Below are positions 1-12,615 of a DNA stretch of 64,000 bases, one piece after another. The translations under genes were made by a program, and so were the position numbers. This DNA comes from Flavobacteriales bacterium. Its GTDB lineage: Bacteria > Bacteroidota > Bacteroidia > Flavobacteriales_F > PHOS-HE28. The notes beneath the pieces were generated by a model that saw nothing but the letters and a program-made list of their open reading frames with translations, did not search any database and was not told where the DNA came from. How positions within the stretch are numbered: position 1 is the stretch's first letter; each line of letters begins with the position of its first letter. The stretch spans positions 576,797-640,796 of the forward strand of contig JASGIM010000003.1 of NCBI GenBank assembly GCA_047601855.1, written 5' to 3'.

Positions 1-1340
1 ACAACGCCGGTCCGCCTGCCGGTGGCAAACGCCCGATCCGTGCCTTGGTGCTCACGCCCACCCGTGAGCTGGCCATCCAGATCGAGGAAAGCTTCCGTGC
101 CTACGGCCACCATACCGGGCTGCGCTACACCGTGATCTTCGGCGGCGTGGGCCAGAAACCGCAGACCGACGCCCTACGCGCCGGTGTGGACGTGCTTATT
201 GCCACCCCCGGCCGCCTGCTGGACCTCATGGGCCAGGGCTACGTCCACCTGAAGGACCTGGAGTACTTCGTGCTGGACGAGGCCGACCGCATGCTCGACA
301 TGGGTTTCGTGCATGACGTGAAGCGCGTGATCGCCGCCTTGCCGCCCAAGCGCCAGAGCCTGTTCTTCAGCGCCACCATGCCGCCGGAGATCCAGCGGCT
401 GGCCGCCACCATCCTCACCAACCCCGTGAAGGTGGAAGTGACGCCCGTTTCCAGCACGGCCGAGACCGTGCAACAGCAGGTCTATTTCGTGGAACGGGCC
501 GACAAGGGCGCCCTGCTCACCCACCTGGTCAAGAGCATGGACATCCAGCAGACGCTGGTGTTCACCCGTACCAAGCATGGCGCGGACAAGCTGGCGCGGA
601 TCCTAATCAAGAACGGCATCAGCGCGGAGGCCATCCACGGCAACAAGGCCCAGAACGCCAGGCAACGCGCCCTGAACAACTTCAAGGAGCGCAGGACGCG
701 CGCCCTCGTGGCCACGGACATCGCCGCGCGCGGCATCGACATCGACCTGCTCGGCCACGTGGTGAACTACGACATCCCGAACATCCCGGAAACCTACGTG
801 CACCGCATCGGCCGTACCGGGCGTGCCGGCGCCAGCGGCCTGGCCCTCTCGCTCTGCGACCGCGAGGAGGTCGAATTCCTGCGCGACATCCAGAAGCTGA
901 TCAAGCGTGACGTGCCCGTGGTGGAGGATCATCCGTTCCCCTTCAGTGATGGCACGCCCGTGGTGGATCCGGGCCGGAAGCAACAGCAGCGCGGCCAGCA
1001 GCAACGCGGACGGCAACAGTGCCCAGCCCCCCGCCCCCAGCAGAACGAGCAACGCCGGAGCGACAACAGCCAGCGCCCCGCGCGGGAAGAGCGGACGGAG
1101 CGCCCACGCGGCGAACACCGCGGCCAAGGCCGGCCCCAGCAACAGCCGGATCGGCAGGGCGACCGCGGCGAACAACAGCCATCCGCCGGTAAGGACTATG
1201 CCGCCCTTACCCGTGAGCTGATCGCTGACGTGGATGCCTTCCTGGAGGGAAAACCTTCCCCGTCCACTCCACAACAGCCTGGCCAGCAGCGACCCGAAGG
1301 CCAGCGTAACCGCCGCCGTTGGCGTGGTGGCCAGCGCTGA
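1..1340 (+). CDS. rhlE: DEAD-box ATP-dependent RNA helicase, RhlE-like (5' end outside the window)
   Basis: [33 protein letters not shown] and [10 protein letters not shown] motifs; Q/R-rich C-terminal tail. Confidence 0.9.
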   Translation, partial: NAGPPAGGKRPIRALVLTPTRELAIQIEESFRAYGHHTGLRYTVIFGGVGQKPQTDALRAGVDVLIATPGRLLDLMGQGYVHLKDLEYFVLDEADRMLDMGFVHDVKRVIAALPPKRQSLFFSATMPPEIQRLAATILTNPVKVEVTPVSSTAETVQQQVYFVERADKGALLTHLVKSMDIQQTLVFTRTKHGADKLARILIKNGISAEAIHGNKAQNARQRALNNFKERRTRALVATDIAARGIDIDLLGHVVNYDIPNIPETYVHRIGRTGRAGASGLALSLCDREEVEFLRDIQKLIKRDVPVVEDHPFPFSDGTPVVDPGRKQQQRGQQQRGRQQCPAPRPQQNEQRRSDNSQRPAREERTERPRGEHRGQGRPQQQPDRQGDRGEQQPSAGKDYAALTRELIADVDAFLEGKPSPSTPQQPGQQRPEGQRNRRRWRGGQR

Positions 1341-1365
1341 TCGGCAACGGACCCTGATGATGCAA

Positions 1366-1391
1366 GAAAGGCGGCCTTCGGGCCGCCTTTC
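1366..1391. terminator. Probable bidirectional intrinsic terminator
   Basis: GAAAGGCGGCC-TTCG-GGCCGCCTTTC hairpin between convergent genes. Confidence 0.7.
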
Positions 1392-1438
1392 GCATGCTGT
1401 TGCCAGCCGGTGTCGTTCCGGCCGGTGCGAATGCCGGA

Positions 1439-2431
1439 TCAGTTCGAGCGGATGAACTCGTGCTGCGGCACCTCCCGGCCTTGTGCCTTGGCGAGGTCCA
1501 GTTCGGCCTGTAGTTGCTTGCTCGTCATGCTGCTGCCGTCGTGGCTCCAGCCCGGAGGGCCGAAGATGTACATCAGCTTGTTCTTCAGGCCGGGCGCCTT
1601 TTTCACGTCCTTCCAGATCTCCTGGAACTCGAAGATGTTGTGCGTGATCGGGTTGTGCGTATCGGGGTCATGGCTGATGCCGAACTTCGGTTCGATGCCC
1701 TTGATGGGCTCCTGCCAGGTGCCGTACAGGCGGTCCCAGATGGTGAGGATGCCACCGTGGTTGCGGTCCAGGTATTCCGTGTTGCTGCTGTGGTGCACCA
1801 CGTGGATATAGGGCGTGTTGAAGACCTTCTCGTACCAGCCGAGCGACGGCACCAACTGGCTGTGCAGGAAGAACTGGTAGAACGCGTTCGCGATGAGGCA
1901 GGTGGCGATCATGATCGGCTCGAAGCCCAGGATGGGCATCCACAGCCAGTAGATGGGCTTCACCAGGGTGATGAACCAGCCGTTGCGGATGCTGATGGTG
2001 AGGTTGAACTTCCGGCCACTGTGGTGCGGCAGGTGTGCGGCCCAGAGCACGCGCACGTTGTGCGCCAGCCGGTGGTGCCAGTAGAAGTTGTGGTCGTCCG
2101 CGATGGCGCAGAGGATCCAGATGTACCATTTGAAACCCAGCGTGGTGTAGCCCAGGTATTCCTCCCGAAGACCGGCGGTCTTCCAGAACAGCCACATGTA
2201 GAGGGAGATCTCCAGCACGTTGGTGACCACCCGGATGAGCGTGGCCCCGACGCCGATCACGAAACCGGACAGGCTTTCCTTCAGGTCGAAGTAATCCTTC
2301 GCCTTCAGGTATTCGATGATGATGAGCGCCAGAAAGACCGGATAGACGTAGAACAGGCCGAAGTGCTCGATCTCGAGCTTGGGCAACTGGCTGCGCATGT
2401 GCAGCCAGCTGTCGATGAGGTTGAAGTGCAT
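1439..2431 (-). CDS. Sterol desaturase / fatty acid hydroxylase family membrane protein
   Basis: His boxes YWHHRLAH, HLPHHS, FFLH and HVVHHS; NHGGILTIWDRLYGT; GPPGW. Confidence 0.85.
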   Translation of the reverse strand: MHFNLIDSWLHMRSQLPKLEIEHFGLFYVYPVFLALIIIEYLKAKDYFDLKESLSGFVIGVGATLIRVVTNVLEISLYMWLFWKTAGLREEYLGYTTLGFKWYIWILCAIADDHNFYWHHRLAHNVRVLWAAHLPHHSGRKFNLTISIRNGWFITLVKPIYWLWMPILGFEPIMIATCLIANAFYQFFLHSQLVPSLGWYEKVFNTPYIHVVHHSSNTEYLDRNHGGILTIWDRLYGTWQEPIKGIEPKFGISHDPDTHNPITHNIFEFQEIWKDVKKAPGLKNKLMYIFGPPGWSHDGSSMTSKQLQAELDLAKAQGREVPQHEFIRSN

Positions 2432-2477
2432 CCGGTAGGAGGTGCCGACCGGGATGGAAAGGCCGGAGCGGGCGTCG

Positions 2478-2485
2478 CAAATGTA
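2478..2485 (-). promoter_or_regulatory. Bacteroidota sigma-70 -7 promoter element
   Basis: TACATTTG on the minus strand (matches TAnnTTTG), 47 nt upstream of the desaturase start. Confidence 0.55.
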
Positions 2486-2568
2486 TCCGGAACGTCACCT
2501 CATCCTGTAGCTGATATCAGGGCGTTGAGGAACAGGTACTTCGGCAGTGTCATGTCCCCTACAAAGAC

Positions 2569-2596
2569 GGAGAGCCGGGCTCCACCCCGGCTCTCC
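2569..2596 (-). terminator. Intrinsic terminator after the gyrA-TPR operon
   Basis: GGAGAGCCGGG...CCCGGCTCTCC stem followed by a T-rich tract on the minus strand. Confidence 0.6.
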
Positions 2597-2620
2597 TCCC
2601 TTAACACTCCACGGTAGGAT

Positions 2621-3799
2621 CTACTCGCCGAGGAGTTTTTTCATCTCTTCGAACTTGGCCGTGTTCTGCATCATGGCATACAGCTTCTTCAGCTGTTGCA
2701 TGGTCGGCTTATCGTCGGCCTTCATCGCGTGGGCCTTCTCGAAGAAGGGAACGGCCTTGGTGTAGATCTCGTCCGCCGTCTTCTTGCACTTCAGGTAGGC
2801 GGCGTCATCCTTGAGCTTCCCGCACTTCTCGTACTCGTATGCAGCGCGGTTGTTGTAGAGCACGCCCACGTTGTAGGCGGCGTCGAAGTTGTTAGCGTCC
2901 AGTTCCAGGGCCTTCTTGTAGGCGCCTTCAGCCAGGTCGTAGTACTTCAGCATGTCGGCCTCGGCCGCGGTACCCTCCTTCGGGTTCGCCTTGGCGTCGT
3001 ATAGACTGCCGAGCACGCTGTAGAGCGAGGGATTGTTCGGGTCCTTCTCGATGGCGGCCTTCACGCTGGTCTCGGCCTGGTCGGCGTGTCCCGCGTCGAG
3101 CAGGTAGGCCACTTCGTCCAGCATCAGCTCCTTGTTGCCAGGGTGCGCTTTCAGGCCGTCCCGGGTGGTGGCGATGGCGCCCTCCTGGTCGTTGGTCTGC
3201 TTCTGCATGTGGGCCAGGTAGCGGTACACGTCGGCCTTGTTGTAGCCGATCTTGATGCACTCCTTGTAGCGCTCGATGGCGTGCGGCAGGTCGCCCTTGC
3301 TCTCATAGGCCAGCGCGCTGTTGAACACGGCGTTGCTGTCCACCTGCCCGAAGGCCTTGGCGATGCGCTCGCTCTCGCCATAGAGAGTGATGGCCTTGTC
3401 GTAATCCTTGGTGTTGAAGGCATCATTGCCCCCGTTCAAGGCGGCCACCTGCAGGTTGCCCAGTGAACGCATGTTCTCCTCTTTGTAGGAGCCCTTGGCA
3501 TCCAGCTCGTTGGCCTTGGTGTAGCTCTCGATGGCCTTTTGGAGCGCATCGGGGAACTTGGCCTTCAGGGCCGCATCGTCGCTCAGCGCGATTTGGCGGT
3601 AGATGTCGCCGCGGTAGCGCCAGGTCTTCTCCTTCCCCATCGACGCCTCGTTGGTCGTTGCGGGCTCGATGTATTCAATGGCCTTCTCGTAGTTCTTGTC
3701 CGAGAGGTAGTTGAACGCGCTCACCACGTTGCTGTTCTGCGCATGGGCCGCGAGCGTTCCGGTGATGGACAGGATCAGCAGCTTGCTCTTCATCGTCAT
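2621..3799 (-). CDS. Secreted tetratricopeptide repeat protein
   Basis: Signal peptide MKSKLLILSITGTLAAHA-Q; repeated TPR-like helices; directly downstream of gyrA as usual in Bacteroidota. Confidence 0.8.
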   Translation of the reverse strand: MTMKSKLLILSITGTLAAHAQNSNVVSAFNYLSDKNYEKAIEYIEPATTNEASMGKEKTWRYRGDIYRQIALSDDAALKAKFPDALQKAIESYTKANELDAKGSYKEENMRSLGNLQVAALNGGNDAFNTKDYDKAITLYGESERIAKAFGQVDSNAVFNSALAYESKGDLPHAIERYKECIKIGYNKADVYRYLAHMQKQTNDQEGAIATTRDGLKAHPGNKELMLDEVAYLLDAGHADQAETSVKAAIEKDPNNPSLYSVLGSLYDAKANPKEGTAAEADMLKYYDLAEGAYKKALELDANNFDAAYNVGVLYNNRAAYEYEKCGKLKDDAAYLKCKKTADEIYTKAVPFFEKAHAMKADDKPTMQQLKKLYAMMQNTAKFEEMKKLLGE

Positions 3800-3821
3800 C
3801 GGTTCCGTATCGGTTCTAGGT

Positions 3822-6422
3822 TCAGGCTTCGCCGCCCGCGTTATCAACTTCAGTGCCACCCGCATTGTTCGCGCCGTCGGTGCCGTTCTCCGGGGCGGGG
3901 CCGGCTTCGCCGGTGTTCCCTTCCAGCTCGTCCCCTTCGTGGAGGGCGCTGTCCACCTTGGCCACGGCCGCGATCCGGTCGTTGCCGCGCAGTTCGATCA
4001 GGCGCACGCCCTGGGTGGCGCGGCCCAGTATGCGCATCTCGCTCAGTGCCATGCGGATGGTGATGCCGTTCCGGGTGATGATCATCAACTGATCGTCCTC
4101 CTTCACGTCCTTGATGGCCACCAGGTCGCCGGTCTTGTCCGTTACCTGCAGGGTCTTCACCCCTTTGCCACCGCGGTTCACCATGCGGTACTCGTATTCG
4201 CCGTTCTCGTCGAGGATGGCCGAACGTTTCCCGTAGCCGTTCTCGCTGACCACCAGCACCTGGCGCGAGGCGAGCTCCGACCGGTCGATGGCAATCATGC
4301 CGATCACCCGGTTGCCCTTGGAGCCGCCTTCGAGGTTCATGCCCCGCACACCGCTGGCGTTGCGGCCCATGGGGCGCACGTCGCTTTCCTCGAAATGCAC
4401 GGCGCGGCCGTCGCGGCTGGCCAGGATGATGTGGCTGCTCCCGTTCGTCAGGCGGGCCTCGAGCAGTTCATCGCCCTCGCGGATCGCCACGGCGATGATG
4501 CCGTTGGCGCGCGGACGGCTGTAGGCTTCCAACGTGGTCTTCTTGATGATGCCGTTCGTGGTGCAGAGCACAACGAAATGATTGTCCAGGTATTCCTGGT
4601 CCTTGAGGTCCTTCACGTTGATGTAGGCCAGCACCTTGTCGTCGCCTTCGATCTGCACCAGGTTCTGGATAGCGCGGCCCTTGCTCTGGCGGGTGCCTTC
4701 GGGGATATCGAACACGCGCATCCAGTAACACCGGCCTTTCTTGGTGAAGATGAGCAGGTAGTTGTGGTTCGTCGCAACGAACAGGTGCTCGAGGAAATCC
4801 TCGTCGCGCGTGGTCGAGCCGCGGCTGCCCACCCCGCCCCGGCCCTGCGTGCGGAACTCGCTGAGGCTGGTACGCTTGATGTAGCCCAGGTGGCTGATGG
4901 TGACCACCACCGCCTCGTCGGCGATCAGGTCCTCCATGTTCAGGTCGCCCGTGGCGGCCACGATCTGCGTGCGGCGTTCGTCGCCGTACTTGTCGCGCAC
5001 CTCCACCAGTTCGGTCTTGATGATGTCGTAGCGCATGCCCTCATTGGCCAGCACGGCGCGCAGGTGGTCGATCAGCTTCATCAGTTCCGCGTGCTCCTGG
5101 CGGATCTTGTCGCGCTCCAGGCCGGTGAGGCGCTGCAGGCGCATGTCCAGGATGGCACGGGCCTGGATCTCGGTGAGGCCGAACTGTTGCATCAGGCCAT
5201 CGCGGGCCTCGTCGGGCGTCTGGCTGGCGCGGATCAGGGCGATCACGGCGTCCAGGTGGTCCAGGGCGATGAGCAGGCCTTCCAGGATGTGCGCCCGCTC
5301 TTCGGCCTTGCGCAGGTCGAACTTCGTGCGGCGGACCACCACGTCGTGGCGGTGCTCCACGAAGTTCACGATCATGTCCTTCAGGCCCAGCAGCATCGGC
5401 CGGCCCTTCACCAGCGCGATGTTGTTCACGCTGAAGCTGGTCTGCAGCGCGCTGTACTTGTACAACTGGTTCAGCACCACGGTGCCCATGGCCTCGCGCT
5501 TCACGTCATACGCCAAGCGGATGCCGTTGCGATCGCTGTAGTCGTTCACGTCGCTGATGCCCTCGATCTTCTTGTCGGTCACCAGCTCGGCCACGCCCTT
5601 GTAGAGCTGTACGGCCTTGTTCACCTGGTAGGGGATCTCGGTGACGATGATCGTCTCACGCCCCGTCTTCGGATCCTCCTCGATATGGCTCTTGGCGCGC
5701 AGCACCACTTTGCCGCGCCCCGTTTCGTAGGCCTCGCGCACACCGTCCGTGCCGTAGATGGTGCCGCCCGTGGGGAAATCGGGCCCCTTGATGTGCTCCA
5801 TCAGGCCCGCCACGTCGATGTCCCTGTTGTCGATGTAGGCGATGATGCCGTTGCACACCTCGGTGAGGTTGTGCGGGGGCATGTTCGTGGCCATCCCCAC
5901 CGCGATGCCGGCCGCGCCGTTCACGAGCAGCTGCGGGATTTTGGTGGGCATCACCGTCGGCTCCTCCAGCGTATCGTCGAAGTTGGGTCGCATGTCCACG
6001 GTCTCCTTCTCCAGGTCGGCCATCACCTCCTCGGCGATCTTCCGCATCCGGGCCTCGGTGTACCGCATGGCTGCCGGACTGTCACCATCGATGCTGCCGA
6101 AGTTGCCCTGGCCGTCCACCAGCGGGTAGCGCAGGCTCCAGTCCTGTGCCATGCGCACCATCGCGTCGTACACGCTGCCGTCGCCGTGCGGGTGGTATTT
6201 ACCGAGCACCTCGCCCACCAGACGGGCGCTCTTCTTGTAAGGCCGGTTGCTCTGCATGCCCAGGCCCTCCATGCCAAAGAGCACGCGGCGGTGCACCGGC
6301 TTGAACCCGTCACGCACGTCGGGCAGGGCCCGGCTCACGATCACCGACATCGAATAATCGATGTAGGCGGTGCGCATCTCGTTCTCGATGTTGATCGGGA
6401 CGATCTTCTCTCCTTCTGCCAT
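3822..6422 (-). CDS. gyrA: DNA gyrase subunit A
   Basis: [31 protein letters not shown] (catalytic Tyr), GyrA-box QGRGGVG. Confidence 0.98.
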   Translation of the reverse strand: MAEGEKIVPINIENEMRTAYIDYSMSVIVSRALPDVRDGFKPVHRRVLFGMEGLGMQSNRPYKKSARLVGEVLGKYHPHGDGSVYDAMVRMAQDWSLRYPLVDGQGNFGSIDGDSPAAMRYTEARMRKIAEEVMADLEKETVDMRPNFDDTLEEPTVMPTKIPQLLVNGAAGIAVGMATNMPPHNLTEVCNGIIAYIDNRDIDVAGLMEHIKGPDFPTGGTIYGTDGVREAYETGRGKVVLRAKSHIEEDPKTGRETIIVTEIPYQVNKAVQLYKGVAELVTDKKIEGISDVNDYSDRNGIRLAYDVKREAMGTVVLNQLYKYSALQTSFSVNNIALVKGRPMLLGLKDMIVNFVEHRHDVVVRRTKFDLRKAEERAHILEGLLIALDHLDAVIALIRASQTPDEARDGLMQQFGLTEIQARAILDMRLQRLTGLERDKIRQEHAELMKLIDHLRAVLANEGMRYDIIKTELVEVRDKYGDERRTQIVAATGDLNMEDLIADEAVVVTISHLGYIKRTSLSEFRTQGRGGVGSRGSTTRDEDFLEHLFVATNHNYLLIFTKKGRCYWMRVFDIPEGTRQSKGRAIQNLVQIEGDDKVLAYINVKDLKDQEYLDNHFVVLCTTNGIIKKTTLEAYSRPRANGIIAVAIREGDELLEARLTNGSSHIILASRDGRAVHFEESDVRPMGRNASGVRGMNLEGGSKGNRVIGMIAIDRSELASRQVLVVSENGYGKRSAILDENGEYEYRMVNRGGKGVKTLQVTDKTGDLVAIKDVKEDDQLMIITRNGITIRMALSEMRILGRATQGVRLIELRGNDRIAAVAKVDSALHEGDELEGNTGEAGPAPENGTDGANNAGGTEVDNAGGEA

Positions 6423-6659
6423 GGTCAATGTTCAAGGGCCGATCCGCAAGGTTCCAGTTGATAAGGACGATGCTTCCGTTGGTCGCCTGGCCTCTTGAGG
6501 CCTAGGCTTTTTGACCTGGAACTGGGGACCGGGCACTGCCACCTTGTCCTTTTCCACGGTCCCGCACCATTCTTGCCGACACCCTCGCGAAAGGGAGCCC
6601 GAAAGTACCGGTAATGCCAGCTTCACGGACCCCCTTTTTTCCACAACCCCACACTCCGG

Positions 6660-6668
6660 TGTGGATAA
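6660..6668 (-). promoter_or_regulatory. DnaA box
   Basis: TGTGGATAA is the reverse complement of the consensus TTATCCACA; a second box TTTTCCACA lies at 6637-6645. Confidence 0.45.
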
Positions 6669-6798
6669 AAGAACCGCTGCTGAAAAGGGCCGCGCCGTAG
6701 CCCTTGGATAGCTTGCCCCCGTTGGTCCGGCGTGTATCTTGCAAGAGGCAATGCGCGAAGGAACGGTCCAACGAAGGCAACAGCCCCCGAAGAACCAC

Positions 6799-9405
<2,607 letters not shown>

Positions 9406-9420
9406 TCACCTTTGGGATAT

Positions 9421-9460
9421 AGAAGAAGAAGCCCCGGCCAATGGCCGGGGCTTCTTCTTT
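9421..9460 (+). terminator. Intrinsic terminator of clpC
   Basis: AAGAAGAAGCCCCGGCCA-A-TGGCCGGGGCTTCTTCTTT long inverted repeat. Confidence 0.8.
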
Positions 9461-9572
9461 GGCATTGTAAGAGGACCTGGCGATCGGCACACATCCGCCT
9501 GTTGATCGTCCGTGCGAGGGGGCTGTTGGATGGGCCGGGCCTGCGAGCACTTTTGAGGTCCAGCATCGCCCC

Positions 9573-9947
9573 ATGCAAGACCGCCGCACCACGCTCCTGA
9601 TCGAACGGCTGAAAAGCCTCGCCGCCCGCAAGAACCGCTTCTCCTATGATGTGCGCGGCGATGCCTTCGTCACCAGCGACATCATTGCTCCCTACAGCCC
9701 CGGCGCAGCGGGCCGCACCGACCTCGTGAGCGTGCTGGAACATGCCTTGGCGCACGACGCCATCGTTTCCGGGGTGAAGGACCCGGAGAGCGGACAGGTA
9801 CGGTTCACCAGTTGCCGCCTGTTCACGGACATGGCCAATGCCCTGCGTTTCGCCCGTGACCAGCACCAGACCGCCGTGTACAACTGGAACCGCCAGGAGG
9901 AAGTGCTGGTGCCGGTAGCCAGCGTGGAGAAGGTGCAGGAGAACTAG
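9573..9947 (+). CDS. Hypothetical protein (124 aa)
   Basis: ATG start, host-like codon usage, fills the gap between the clpC terminator and the convergent operon. Confidence 0.7.
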   Translation: MQDRRTTLLIERLKSLAARKNRFSYDVRGDAFVTSDIIAPYSPGAAGRTDLVSVLEHALAHDAIVSGVKDPESGQVRFTSCRLFTDMANALRFARDQHQTAVYNWNRQEEVLVPVASVEKVQEN

Positions 9948-9962
9948 ATCCTTCCGCCGGAC

Positions 9963-10610
9963 CTACCACATCCCGTCCTCGTTGGACTTGATGAACCGGG
10001 TGCTGAACCCGAGGCCCACCGTGAGGAAACGGTAGGGTGCGTCCCGGTCCTTGCGTCCAGGGAACGACTCCAGTCCGATGACCCCGGGTCCGAACGAGGC
10101 GGCATCCGCCTCGTATCCCAGCGTTATGCCGAAGGCCAGGTTGTCCGATGTATGCACGAAGTAGCTCGCGGAAATGCCCCAATGGAAGGCGTTCTGCTTC
10201 GCGTTGTCCGCGCAGGTGGTGCAATCCCACGTCCAGCGGGCCTGCCCGGCCTTGGCGTTCAGCTCGTAATAGGTGATCGGGCCCGTGTAATGCTCGTACT
10301 GCAACTTGCCGAAGAGCACCATCCGCCGCACTTCGCCATTGGTGATCAGCTGGGCCAGGCCATGTTCCTCCAGTCCGTACCAGTTGAACTTCGCCCCCAC
10401 GCCTACTCCCAGGCCCTTGAAAAGTGGCACCTGGAAAGCTCCTTCGACCTGTCCGAGCACTTCGGTGAGATCCCCGAACACCGGGTTCCTCAGTGGAACG
10501 GGCAGCAGCAGCAGCCCTTGGAACGACGGTTTCGGCTCCGGAAGGGTTTGGGCCTGCAGTGCGCCGTGCAGGGCGCAGGCCAGCAGCGCGGTGGCGAGTT
10601 GCCGCTTCAT
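9963..10610 (-). CDS. Probable outer-membrane beta-barrel protein
   Basis: Signal peptide ending ALQA-Q; alternating hydrophobic strands rich in G/Y/F; C-terminal LTVGLGFSTRF. Confidence 0.65.
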   Translation of the reverse strand: MKRQLATALLACALHGALQAQTLPEPKPSFQGLLLLPVPLRNPVFGDLTEVLGQVEGAFQVPLFKGLGVGVGAKFNWYGLEEHGLAQLITNGEVRRMVLFGKLQYEHYTGPITYYELNAKAGQARWTWDCTTCADNAKQNAFHWGISASYFVHTSDNLAFGITLGYEADAASFGPGVIGLESFPGRKDRDAPYRFLTVGLGFSTRFIKSNEDGMW

Positions 10611-10981
10611 GCCTGCCGCAGGATGAACTTGCGCTCGGTGCGTTGGCTTTCCGTGGCGAGCTCGAAGAAGTAGACGCCGTCCGTCCGTCCGGGGAGCTCG
10701 AGTTCGAGCACCTGCTGGCCTTGCGCCACCAGGCGGGAAGGCCAGCCATGCACCGGCGCATGGGTTTCCGACAGCACGGCGGGCATCACTTCCTGGTCCT
10801 TCGGCGCGATAAGCTCAACGCGCAAGCGCGTGGGGTGGTACATCACCTCCACGCGGACCAGTTCCGCATGCAGCGGGGCCGGCAGGTCGCGGACCATCAC
10901 GTACTGCTTGAAGCGCTTGTACAGCACCGCCACCAGCAGGATGCTGAGCGAGATCAGCAGGGCGATCCGGATGTTGTCCAT
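10607..10981 (-). CDS. Hypothetical membrane-anchored protein
   Basis: N-terminal TM helix; C-terminal DGVYFFEL...RKFIL Ig/T9SS-CTD-like strands; ATGA-type overlap with the next gene. Confidence 0.65.
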   Translation of the reverse strand: MDNIRIALLISLSILLVAVLYKRFKQYVMVRDLPAPLHAELVRVEVMYHPTRLRVELIAPKDQEVMPAVLSETHAPVHGWPSRLVAQGQQVLELELPGRTDGVYFFELATESQRTERKFILRQA

Positions 10982-11257
10982 CTAGAGCACGATCACGCCC
11001 TCGATCTCCGAAGCCTTGTCGTAGCGGGCCACCACGTCGTCCGCGTTCAGCATCACCTCCCGTACCGTGATGCTCACGTACTTGCCCCCTGCGCTGTACT
11101 TGCGCAGCACCTCCGCCTCCGGCGGGAAAAGCGCCAGCACACGGTCCAGCCGCTGCTGGTCGGGCTCGAAGATCATCTTGAACAGATATACCGACGGCCA
11201 TTCGTGCACCTGGTCCAGGCGTTCGCGCAGCCGTTGCTTGGTCTCTTCGTTCAACAT
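10982..11257 (-). CDS. DUF493 (YbeD-like) family protein
   Basis: WPSVYLFKMI, SAGGKYVSIT, IEGVIVL. Confidence 0.85.
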   Translation of the reverse strand: MLNEETKQRLRERLDQVHEWPSVYLFKMIFEPDQQRLDRVLALFPPEAEVLRKYSAGGKYVSITVREVMLNADDVVARYDKASEIEGVIVL

Positions 11258-11390
11258 GGGAACGGCACGAAGGTAACCCTGCTGCCGGCGATGGGCTTCA
11301 TGACCTATCCAATGAACGATCCTTCAGGTGAGGTCTGAGGACTTCGTGGCCAGCCACAGATGGAACGTTCGGACAACTTCCATAAAAAGC

Positions 11391-11417
11391 GAAAGCCCCG
11401 GAAGATCCGGGGCTTTC
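11391..11417 (-). terminator. Intrinsic terminator
   Basis: GAAAGCCCCGGA-AGA-TCCGGGGCTTTC with a T-run on the minus strand, just after the 11435 stop. Confidence 0.75.
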
Positions 11418-11434
11418 CACGAGCAGAAGGGAGC

Positions 11435-12448
11435 TTAGTGGCTCACCACCAATTTCTTGGTGATGGGGCTGCCATCGGCATACAGCGACACGAGGTAGGT
11501 GCCGTTCGCCCAGTCGGCCACGTTGAGCGTGGTCTGGCCGCGGCCCGTGCTGAGGCGGCCCAGCTGGCGGTCCACCACCTTGGCGCCTTTGGCGTCCATC
11601 ACCACCAGGTGGGTGTTGGCGCTCTGCGTCATGTCGTAGGCCACGATCACGTCCGTGTTGGCGGGGTTGGCGCCTTGGATGCTCATGCGCATGCCGTTCA
11701 CGGTAGCCACGTCGTCGATCCCGGCCGAGCCGTCACCGATCACCACGGCGATGGCGAAGTCGAAGTTGGCGAAGCCAGCATCGGTCTGCCAGCTATAGCT
11801 CACGGTACCCCATGAACCGTCGCTCCACTGCTCCCAGTTCTGATCGACCTGGCTGCCAGGGCCATCCACTGAAGAAGTGACCAGACCCAATTCCACATGA
11901 TCCCCTAGGTCCGATACATCGAACCCGACACCGAAATCGCCGTTCACGGCCACCGCAGGGTTGATCGTGAGGACCATGAAACCTGTCGTATCGATGTTGC
12001 CGATGGGAACGTCCCCGCTGCCAAGGACCGTACTGGGGGCATTGTTCACGGTCTCCTCCGTGCTGATAACCCCCTCGCCATCCAAGGCGTACATCCGGAA
12101 ATGCACGAGGTCATTAGGCCTGCCGTTCACATCCTTCGCGCCGAAGAGGAAAGCGATAGCTTCCACATGCACGTTGCCTGTGCTGTGGAACACCTGGACC
12201 TTGGCCCTATCAGCGTAGTTGTTGGAGCCCACGATATATCCCCATTCGTCAGAGAGGTACATGGTAAGAGGTGAAGCGGAGTTGCTTGCCGCGACGCCAG
12301 GGGGGATCAGCGTATCCATCGGAGTACGCAGAGAAGAGGCCGGGAGGAAGAATCCGGTGAAGTGACGGGCAGGTCCCACTTGGCGTTGGGCCATTGCGGC
12401 ACTGCTGACCAGGCCCAATGCCAAGAGCGTGAGTTGAAGTTTTTTCAT
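11435..12448 (-). CDS. T9SS type A sorting-domain secreted protein
   Basis: Signal peptide; C-terminal ANPAN...GTYLVSL...TKKLVV CTD signature. Confidence 0.85.
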   Translation of the reverse strand: MKKLQLTLLALGLVSSAAMAQRQVGPARHFTGFFLPASSLRTPMDTLIPPGVAASNSASPLTMYLSDEWGYIVGSNNYADRAKVQVFHSTGNVHVEAIAFLFGAKDVNGRPNDLVHFRMYALDGEGVISTEETVNNAPSTVLGSGDVPIGNIDTTGFMVLTINPAVAVNGDFGVGFDVSDLGDHVELGLVTSSVDGPGSQVDQNWEQWSDGSWGTVSYSWQTDAGFANFDFAIAVVIGDGSAGIDDVATVNGMRMSIQGANPANTDVIVAYDMTQSANTHLVVMDAKGAKVVDRQLGRLSTGRGQTTLNVADWANGTYLVSLYADGSPITKKLVVSH

Positions 12449-12615
12449 GGTTCAAGCTTCGTTTGAAGGGGCTAAGATCATACACCCGGACGGTTCCTCC
12501 TAACCTCCCGTCCCGTTAACATTGCGCATCGGCCCCGGACCATGCCACAGCTCCACCCTATCCCTGAACATTACAGGTCCCAGCGATGGCCGCCCCCCTT
12601 CTCTTCCCCACTGAT

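Noticed and set aside
3711-6461. 916-aa plus-strand ORF
   Set aside because: Antisense shadow of gyrA caused by high-GC codon bias; no protein motifs
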